Below the pieces are notes generated by a model. The model saw only the letters and a list, made by a program, of their open reading frames with translations, was not told the DNA's origin and ran no database searches. A stretch of DNA of 64,000 nt from Rebecca billardiae RCC1528 (Eukaryota; Protista; Haptophyta), in NCBI GenBank assembly GCA_965240325.2, contig OZ251227.1:2170001-2234000 (forward strand), given 5' to 3'. How positions within the stretch are numbered: position 1 is the first letter of the stretch; each line of letters opens with the position of its first letter. Below, one piece after another: positions 55,389 through 64,000 of this stretch. Made by a program: the position numbers and the translations under genes.

Positions 55389-56868
55389 ATGACGACGAGC
55401 GCGCCGAGGCGAGCGTGGACGAGCGAGGAGGACACGCGATTGCGCGAGGCGGTGGCTATGTATGGCCCGCGCCAGTGGGGCCACATTGCCGCCATGGTCG
55501 GCCAGCGCAAAGATTGGCAGTGCCGTGAGCGGTGGCACAACAACCTTGCGCCCGAGCTCAAGAAGGACGCGTGGGCGCCAGAGGAGGACGAGACGCTGCT
55601 GCACTCGTTCGAGGTGCTGGGAATGGTGCGCTGCCCGCGCGTACACGTATGCTCAGCCCGGATGGCGTCCAGGCGCCCGGACGATTCGCGAGCAACCGCT
55701 CCCCTGGCCCCTACGCGGCTCGTCTCATTCACATCCCGAACGCGTGCGCGCGCGCGCGCGTGCTCCGGTGCGCGCTCCCTCCTCCACGCAGAAATGGGCA
55801 CAGATCAAGACGCTGCTGCCGGGCCGCACAGGGCATGCTCTGAAGAACCGCTACCACTCCCTGCGCCGGCGCACGCGCGTCAAGCGCAAGGACCACTCGA
55901 GCCCGCCCACGTCCGAGACGGTGACTGGCACCAGCTCGCTCATGGACCGAGGCGGCGTGTCTGCGGGCTCGCACCTGCTCCACGCCGACGGGGGGGGGCG
56001 TGCGTCGGCGTCGGCTTCCGCGGCGGCCGCCGCCGCAGCGGCGGCCGCCGCCGCATCCGCCGTTGGATCCGGCGCGCCCAACGCCAGCCGCTCGCACATC
56101 TCGCTCGAGCAGTGGATCAAACATCCCCGCGAGCAGCACGCAGGCCAGCTGCTCGGCCTGCCGCGCGACTACTTGCCCGCCGCCGCGCAGCTCTCCGGCG
56201 CGTGCGGCCTCGGGATCAGCGCGTTCAACCTGCCGCCCTTCGCGGGCCTGGCCGGCGCCATGGCGGGCCACGGTGGGATGCCGCCGCCCGCGTGCTTCCT
56301 CGGCGCCAACCACATGGCGGGCTCGACGCTCGGCACGCTCAACGCCGCGCGCGCCGCGGGCGGCTTTCTGCCCTACAACCAGATCGCCGCGGAGGCGGCG
56401 GCGGCGGCGGCGGCGGTGCAGGGGCGGGCGGCGGCGGGCCAGCTCCCGTGCAGCATGGCCCCGACCAAGCCGCTGCACATGCAGCTGCCCCAGGCCGTGT
56501 CGGGCGACCAGAGAAGCGCCATCTGCATGCTCTCCGCGCAACTGCTCTCGCTCGCCGAGGTTGCGGGCCCGAGCGCGCCCGCGCCGGTCGTGCGCAAGCT
56601 GATCGACGACCGACTGCGACAGCTGCGCGCGACGGTGCTCGGCGACGGCACGTCGGTCGGCGAGCAGCTGGCGCACATGCAGCACACCTCGCGCTGTGAC
56701 TCGCCCACACCGTTGGGAATGCCGCACGGGTTCGACATGGACGGCGACGCGGGCGATGCCGACGGCAAGGACGCGGTCACAGCGCACTCGCCGATGCCGA
56801 GCTCGCTGAAGCCGCTCGAAGCGGTGCCGTCGCTCGGTGCCCTCGACGAGCTGGACGGCCTGGTCTGA
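55389..56868 (+). CDS. R2R3-type MYB transcription factor
   Basis: WTSEED..LR..V..YG...W..IA, QCRERWHNNLAP, WAPEED and LGM^KWAQIKTLLPGRTGHALKNRY. Intron at 55626-55791. Confidence 0.92.
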
Positions 56869-57829
56869 GCACACTGCTTCTGCACGCGCACACGCATGCT
56901 GTCACACGTCCACACGTGAGCACATACACGTCAACTCTTGAACTCGCCGGAGCGGAGAGGCCGCCAACCCGCCGCAACGCCGCAGCGCGCCCGCTCGCGG
57001 TCCTCGTCCTCCACCTCGCGTGAGTCGCCGACGACGCGGTGGCGGGTCATGCGATGACGGGCATTGCACTGTTCAGACGACGGTGTGCGAGGTCTTCTGG
57101 CCGGGACTCGCGGTGTCTGCGGCCGAAGTTCCGCGGCGCGGACGGCACTCTGACTCACGGCTGCTAAAATCGGTTACCGCGTTCGCACGGAAAAGAACCG
57201 CAAGCCAAAGTGAACAGCAGTCATCAATGATGCTGGTGATGCCGCCTGATGACGATCGGATGACTGTACTTATTAGCCGCCGCGTAGTTATTAGCTTAGC
57301 TACTCGTTTCTAAAGCTAGTAGTAGCAGTTATCAGATATAGCGCGGCCCGGCGGATCGGGCTCGGTCGGCGGGACCGCCGGGCCCGAGGACCGGGATCAG
57401 TCGACGATCACGATCACATGACGTGACCTCGATCATCATCACTCTGCATCGCCATCGTCGGACCGCCTCCGGCGGATTAATTAATAAATGGCGAAGCCGT
57501 GCAACGGTGCCGAACTACACTCTCGCCGCACGGCTTACGCGAGTTGGCGGCGGCGAGCTTGACTGCTATCAGACTGCTAATGCTTGACGACCGCGGTCGG
57601 CACGCGCGGCGGTGACCGCGCGCGCGTGACGTGCTGCGCTGCCCTCCGCCGTCGCCCGTCGGCCATACAGCGTGCTCGTCGGGCCGAGAGGCGAGACGAG
57701 GTCCAAAGTGCGCCGCGGCCACAGCGACAGCGTCGGTGCTGGACCGAGCTGCTGCGGCGTGCCGGTGTCCCTGGACGGCTGTCGGAGCGCGTGGAGGCCG
57801 AGAGTCACGCCTCAGTCTCACGACTGTTG

Positions 57830-60323
57830 TCACTGCTTGCTCATCGCGATGGCCTTGTTCACCTCGGCCAGCCGCACGCGCTCAAGCGCGCCCGACCACG
57901 GGTGCAGCACAGAGAGCAGGCTCCTGCGCGCACGCCGCAGGGCACACCGTGGACAGGCGCAAAGGAGCGGCGGGTGCCGCACGCGCACGCGCCACGCTTT
58001 GCGCGTGAGTTTTGAGAGCCTGGCACGGCGGGGCGCGGCCGCGCGCGCTCTCGGCGCGCAGGCGGCGCGCGCACCGATAGCGCGCGGAGTCCTCGAGGTC
58101 CAGCTCGCGGGCGGGCTCGGGCATCATGGCCGAGCGGAAGGCCGTGTGCAGCTCCCCGTCGACGCGCACGCGGCCGAGCATCCCGCCCGACTTCTCGCAG
58201 CAGAGCACGAGCAGGGCGATCGCGTCCCACGCGTTGGCGTCTCCCGGCAGCAACGGCCACGGCGTGTTGAGCACGAGCAGCTCGAAGTGGGGCGGCTGGC
58301 CCGCCTTCGACATGCGCGTGATCACGATCTCGCTCTGCGGCCGGTCGGATGCGCGCGCGCCGGCGCCGCTCGTGTGCCGCGCGCTGAAGCTGGTCATCTC
58401 TGCCGCGGGCACCGCAAAGATGGCGTTGCGCGGCAGCTGCGGCGCCGGCTGCGCGCCGCCGCCAAGCTGCGCGCCGCCCAGAGAGCCCCACGCGGACATG
58501 AGGCCGCCGCCCAGCGTCGAGCCGAAGCCACCCCCGAAGAGGGACGAGCCGCCGGGGCGCGCGCCGAAGAGCGAGCCCGCGCCGCCCGCTGGCGCGCCCG
58601 CCGCCCCGCCGCCTGCGGGCGCGGCCGGCCGGCCGTCCACGCCAGGCGGCGGCGGCGGCAGCACGGCGTCCATGAACGCGCTGAAGACGTGGAGCACGAT
58701 GTCGGCGTCTGTGGGCAGCGAGGGGTCCCACGCGCTCGAGCCGGCGCCGTCGCGCCCGCCGCTCGGCGGGGCGGGGCTCCCGAGCGCGGCGCCCCCGCCC
58801 GCCGGACCGCCGCCACCGTCCCACGCGTACCCGGCCAGGCACTGCCCGCGCGCCAGCTCAAAGATACGCCGCCGCACGTATCGCGTCGCGTGCGAGCCAG
58901 CGGCCCCCGCGCCGGCAGCGCCCGCGCCGCTGCCCGCGCCGCTCGAGCCGCCTGCGAGCGGGCCGAGGTGCCAGAAGCGCTCGAGCTTGCGCAGCTGCTG
59001 CACGAGCGGGTGCGATGGGTTGGCGGCGATCCACTGCTCCGGGCTCATCGGCGCGCCGCCCCCGGCGCTCGCCGCGGCCGCGGCGGCGGGCTGCGGCGCG
59101 GCGCCGCCAAACATGCCGCCGCCGCCGAGCCTCGGCGCGCCGAAGAGGCCCGAGCCCATGCCACCGCCGAGCGCAGGCGCGCCCGCGGCCGCGACGGCCG
59201 GCTGCGGCCGGCTCGCCGCCTCGCGGATCGCCGCCTCGTTGTCGCGCACCAGCGCCACGAGCGGGCGCAGCACGACCGCAGACAGCCAGAGCCTCACATT
59301 GTCGCGCCACCGCACGAGCGTCTGCTCCGGCAGCGAGAGCTCGCGCAGCAGCGCGGCGACGCGGCGCGCGTGCGCGACGGCGCGGTCCTGCCAGTCGCCC
59401 GAGGCGGGGACGTACATCGCCTTCTGGTACTTCGCGTCCGGCGAGAGCCCGGACCAGGCGCCCGGGCTCGCAGCACCCCAGCCGCTGCCAGGCGTTGCGC
59501 CGCCGAGCGCGCCGCCGCTGCCGCCAGTGTGCGGCGAGTGCGGGCTGCCGTGCAGCGGGCCTGGCGTGCCGTGCGCGTCGTTCGCCCCGGTCGCCGGCCC
59601 GCGACGGCGCAGCGGCAGGTGCGACGAGCGCAGCAGGTACCGCTCCAGCCCGGGCTGGTCCACGATCGGCGGGCTCAGCCCGGCGCCCGGCAGGCTGGCG
59701 GGCGTGAACGGCGAGCGGACCGCGGGCGAGGCGCCCGCCATCCGCAGGGCAGCGGGCGTGCTCAGCGCGGCCGAGGCGGGCGAGGCGCCAGCCCACGAGG
59801 GCGGAAGCGGCTCCGCGAAGACGGGTGGCTCCACAGCCTCGTCACCGCGCGCGTCCGTCGGCCGCGGTGCCGGCGAGCGCGCGGGCTTTGCGAGCGCGCT
59901 GCGCGGCGGCGCGGCAGGCTCGAAGCTTCGCCGCAGCCAGTGCAGCACGGCGGCCAGGAAGAAGAGCGCACAGATCGCCGTAAGCGCATAGCCCAGCACC
60001 ACCGCCACCCACAGCATCCAGCGCGGCGAGCCGCGCAGCCGCGCGAGCACGTGTGGGCGCGACACGAGCAGCGAGCAGCGGAGCAGGCTTGCGTCGACTG
60101 CCATGGCCTCGCAGTCGACGACGGCGAAGACAGCCAATTGCACCCAGCCGAGCGCGCCGATGAGCAGCAGCAGCGACGACGGTGCGAGCTGCGTGCGCCG
60201 CGTCGGCGGAGCCGGCGGCAAGCGCGCCATCCGCGAGAGGGCCGTGACAGACCAGTCGCCGATGTGCCGATACTGGGTGCAGTGGTCCCCCTCGCGCGTC
60301 GCGGCGTCGGCTGCAGTGGCCAT
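57830..60323 (-). CDS. TMEM209: TMEM209/CytochromB561_N family nuclear-envelope protein
   Basis: Two N-terminal TM segments, WRDNVRLWLSAVVLRPLV, YVRRRIFELARG.CL..YAWDGG, LPTDADIVLHVF, PPHFEL and GMLGRV. Intron at 57924-58074. Confidence 0.75.
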
Positions 60324-60410
60324 CGATTTGACGAGCCGGATTTCCGGGTGATGAGCTCTCAGGCTGGACAACCACTGCGGAGGCTGAGGAACGAGTGACC
60401 GTGGCTGACG

Positions 60411-60962
60411 ATGTCCACGCGTGCTGCCTTCGAGGGGCAGGTGGGCAGCCTTCCAGACGACGTGCGCGAGCCGCTGCTCGACTTCGACTCCGCCCTTCGA
60501 GAAGTGGAAGAGCATGTGGACGACTTTGGGAGCCGCGACTGGGCTGAGCTGACGCGAGGCTTGCCGCCGCTCGAGGCCGCTCGCCTGAACGTGATGTGCG
60601 CGTACACGCTGAACGCGCTCTTTTACATGTACCTCAAGGTGCAGGGGGTGTCCACAGCGGATCATCCGGTGAAGCAGGAGCTCGAGCGCGTGCGGCAGTA
60701 CCTCAAGAAGGTGAAGGGCACCGCGCAGCACGCGAAAACTGAGCGGCACAACGGCCGGCTGAACGTGGACGCAGCCAAGCGGTTCATCACGCATGCGCTC
60801 AATGACCCGGGTGCGGGCAGTGCTGGCGGCACCGACACGTCGACGCCCGCCGAGCAGAGTGCCGGCACCAGCGAGAAAAAGAAGCGTGCCTCGCCTGACG
60901 GAGCGCGGGATCCCGCGAGTTCCAGCCGGAAGAAGAAGAAGCAAAAGTCACCACGTGACTGA
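60411..60962 (+). CDS. C1D: C1D/Rrp47 exosome cofactor (Sas10/Utp3/C1D family)
   Basis: PLEAARLNVMCAYTLNALFYMYLKVQG...HPVKQELERVRQY..K...LNVDAAKRFITHAL, with a basic C-terminus. Confidence 0.9.
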   Translation: MSTRAAFEGQVGSLPDDVREPLLDFDSALREVEEHVDDFGSRDWAELTRGLPPLEAARLNVMCAYTLNALFYMYLKVQGVSTADHPVKQELERVRQYLKKVKGTAQHAKTERHNGRLNVDAAKRFITHALNDPGAGSAGGTDTSTPAEQSAGTSEKKKRASPDGARDPASSSRKKKKQKSPRD

Positions 60963-61303
60963 ATCCGACGGTACCTGTAACTCATCACGGTCTAGTACCG
61001 GCGACGCACGATTTCATGACCGGGCATTATCAGACATCAGTGTTCAATCCGAGGGCGAGTTCACGCGGAGTCCTGGCCAGTGCGCGGGCGACGCCGCTTA
61101 CCGGGCCGGGCCGTTGAAGGCCGCTGACTCCCGCGGCCGCGGCCCCGCCGGGCCCGGGGGCCGCGCCGCGGGCTCGCGGGCGGGCAGCGCTGCCAGCCCG
61201 CCGTCGGTCATGAGTCCGCGATCACCGCCCGGCCTTGGCGCCCGTGGCCTAGACCTAGTCTGAACGGTGCCAGAACCGTGCGACGCTCGTCAGTTATAGA
61301 TTA

Positions 61304-63730
61304 TGGCCCGCGGTGCAGGGCGGAGCGCGTAGCGTGGAGCCCCGCCGGGGCCCTCACTACGTTGTTTGTCAAAAAGATCTTTTGATCAAAGAAAAGGGGA
61401 TGGGGGACGATTTTGAGGGCTGTTGGAGGGTGAGTTTTCGATTTTTCGAGGGGTACGTTGGCCCATAGTGCTCTGCATTAGCAACTACGCGCTTGACGAA
61501 ATAAGCGCGCCCACGCCATTCCGCATAAGTCGATGGACGGACGTGGGATCAGATACCCCGGGGGTGAAACAAGTCAGAGTATTTTTGTCCTTCTTGTATG
61601 CTGGAGTACGAGTTAATGCCGAGCGACGTTTGATTGTTTTGGGTCGAAAACAGCTATGAGGCCAGATTCTTTTGAATAGCGCTTGCGAAAAGAAGTTACC
61701 CGCCTGTCTCGATGGATGAACCGCGCCTCATGGTATTGAAAGAGATTCTTTTGAATAGCGCTTTTAAACCAAGTTACCCACCTGTCTCGTTGGATGAACC
61801 TCCTCATCATATTGAAGAGATTCTTTTGAATAGCGCTATTTTAAGCCAGTTACCCGCTTGCCTCGATGGATGAACCGCCTTGATAATATTGAAAGATATT
61901 CTTTTGAATAGCGCTTGTCACAACCAAGTTACCCGCCTGTCAGCTGTCTCGTGCTCGCGAGCGGCTGACGAGCGGCGCGACGACATCGGCCCGAGCGAGG
62001 ATGCCGCCGCTTCAAAGGCGCGCACCGAGTGCGTGCGCGACGGGTGCCGGCCGGCCGCTGGTCTCGACCTATCGCCCTCGGCCCTCCCCGAGCGCGCCTG
62101 CAGGTACCTCCGGACGCGCATTCGGCTTGCTCACTCGATCAGCTCACTCACAGCTGCCGGTCACGCAGCCGCGCGGCGGCCCCGCGACCCGAGGTCCGCG
62201 GCCCAAAGTGTGTGTGCGCGCCGCGCCGGTGCCCTCGCGCCGGTGGCGTGGGCTGGCTGGCCGCTGGTCTCGCCCACGCGCCCCACTCGCCCCAAGCGCG
62301 CAACGCCTGCGGGAAGCGCCGGCACCATACCTACCTAACCCTGCGCGTCGACGCCCGTCCCGCCGCGGCCCGCGCCTCGATCGATCGTCGATCGGACCGC
62401 GTGCGTGCGACTCCGTCCGCGCCCGCGCGCAGGGTGGGAGGGGCTGATGCAGGAGCAGATGCAGGACTACCTCGAAATTGCACGCGACGAGGAGGTGCCC
62501 AGCGCGCACTTTACGCTGCGCGCATCATCGAGTGGTCGCCCAGCGAGCGCGGCAGCTGGCCACCGGGCCGGCTGACGGCGGGCGCAGCTGCCAGCTGCGG
62601 ACGCGCAGCGGGCGCGGAGTGGAAGCCGGCGCAGCGGCCGGGCAGCGGCGGCCGGCGCGGCAGCACGCTCGTATACATCGCGGCAGCTACCGCCGTCGTG
62701 CGGGGAAAGCACACGCTCTCGGCGGCTTCCAAGATGCCGACGGGCCACGGCGTGCACTCCGTGCAGGCTGCGTGCGCGCTGCAGTGGCTGTGTCGAGCTG
62801 CTGCGGCGTGTGCTCGAGGCGCGGCGCTCGCACGGGCTACGCGGGCGCAGCGGGTGCGCGCAGCTGGCGCACGCAGTGCCACGTCCTGCGGCGCCAGTTT
62901 GGCGGCCGTCCGCCCCCCCGAGCTCGAGTTCTGCGCGCTTTGCGACGGCGCGGCCGGCAGCGCCCATCTGCCTGCTTGCTTGGGCACGCCAGCATGTCCG
63001 CCGCCGGGCCTGCTGCGCGCGCCGAAGCTGGAGGGCGGAGGAGGGCGCTGGGCTGCTCCTACGGTGTGCTGCAGCCCGGGCAGGCTCTACCGCGGCGCGG
63101 CGAGGCCGTCGCGCCTGCTCGCCGCCGTCGAGTCGCCCGTGCTGCGTGACCCTCGGCCGCACGTGCTCGCTCGGCGGCACCGCAGCAGGCGTCCCATACC
63201 AGTATACTCGAGCCGCTGTGCGCACCCAAGGCGCGAGCTGCTCGAGCGGGCCAGGTGGGCCCAGGGGGTGCGTGCAGCTGGCACACGCAGCCCCGGCCCG
63301 TGTCATGGGGTGTCGGTTTGACGACAGACGGTCGCCAGCCCCTGTGGGCTCGAGCGCTGTGCGCTTCACCACGGAGGTGCTGGCAGCGCCCCGCGGCGCG
63401 CAACGGCGGGGCAGCATGGCCGCCGCCGGCGCCGCCGCACATGCCGCCGCTTACGGGCAGTCGAGAGCTTGGGGCAGCACCTACGGCGCATGCTGCAGCT
63501 CGGGGCGGACTCTGCCAGCCTGCTGTGGCGTGATCGCGCATTTTCCAGACCGTCGACTCGCCCGCGCTGCATAATATTCCATTATTCGTTTGCCGCGCGT
63601 GCTCGACGGCGCTCCGCGCTGCTGCTGCCGCTACGGCCGCGCGTTGGACGGACAGCATATGCCGACGGAGGGTGCACCGCGGGCCCCTAACTACGTTGGT
63701 TCTACGGAAGGACCGCGGAACGCGGTCATA
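61304..63730 (+). mobile_element. non-autonomous Helentron/DINE-1-like element, copy B
   Basis: 5' subTIR 61305-61317, inverted 3' subTIR 63673-63685 and terminal hairpin 63711-63727. The last 70 bp are identical to 24514-24583. Contains an internal tandem array. Confidence 0.75.
61664..61941. repeat. tandem array of about 77 bp (3.6 units) inside Helentron-like copy B
   Basis: Units start at 61664, 61743, 61818 and 61896, with conserved blocks ATTCTTTTGAATAGCGCT and AGTTACCC...GGATGAACC. Confidence 0.9.
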
Positions 63731-64000
63731 ATTTATGAGACAATGATGACTATACTACGAGTGAACCGTGCCCTGACTGACTGACCTAGTATTAGCCTAG
63801 TAGTCTCAGTAAGAGTGGGCAGTGCCATCAGTCCTGTCTGAGTCCGCATCACTCCGAGACCGAGTGTCACTCATGCCGTGTGTGAGCCACTCGGAGTGAG
63901 TCTCTGCGGTCTCTGCCACGCGGACTGCCAGAGAAGGTCCGCCGCTGGCCGCGGCCATTCCGCCGTGCTAATACAGTTCAGAACTTATTGCCAAGACTCA

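Noticed and set aside
62029-63321. 430-aa ORF inside Helentron-like copy B as a transposase
   Set aside because: No HUH, helicase, DDE or tyrosine-recombinase motifs; low-complexity GC-driven composition.

Overview
GC-rich, compact eukaryotic nuclear DNA. Short GC-rich GT-AG introns starting GTGCGC, plastid-, mitochondrion- and flagellum-type genes, and GC3-rich codons suggest a microalga, most likely a Pavlovophyceae haptophyte such as Diacronema (inference). About 22 protein genes are supportable: an ABC transporter cut by the window edge, a sirtuin, an LRR protein, a GH5-like protein, an SSS transporter, an F-box protein, a repeat protein resembling the topoisomerase III C-terminus, two paralogous tandem HMG-box proteins, an enkurin-domain protein, an SDR, an NAD(P)-binding protein, an ANK-TPR protein, a HAD hydrolase, an SRPBCC protein, an LRR-kinase, a MaoC protein, two alpha/beta hydrolases, a MYB factor, TMEM209, C1D and hypotheticals. 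Many sit in tight head-to-head pairs. Between them lie lower-GC islands of non-autonomous mobile DNA: a Helentron/DINE-1-like family (two full copies with different cargo plus one 5' end), two copies of a G-rich MITE, a second MITE, a dispersed TA-CAGT terminus, a long inverted repeat, an 801-bp tandem duplication, and mini/microsatellites. No transposase, rRNA, tRNA or CRISPR array was recognised. Top leads: (1) the cargo-carrying Helentron-like family and its internal array with a hypervariable slot; (2) HMG-box proteins with a histone H3 K27-K36-like tail, cut off by a stop codon in one paralog; (3) a putatively mitochondrial protein of five topoisomerase-III-CTD-like repeats plus a WG-repeat tail; (4) a GH5 lacking both catalytic glutamates. 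All family assignments come from motif recognition by eye; no database searches were run.
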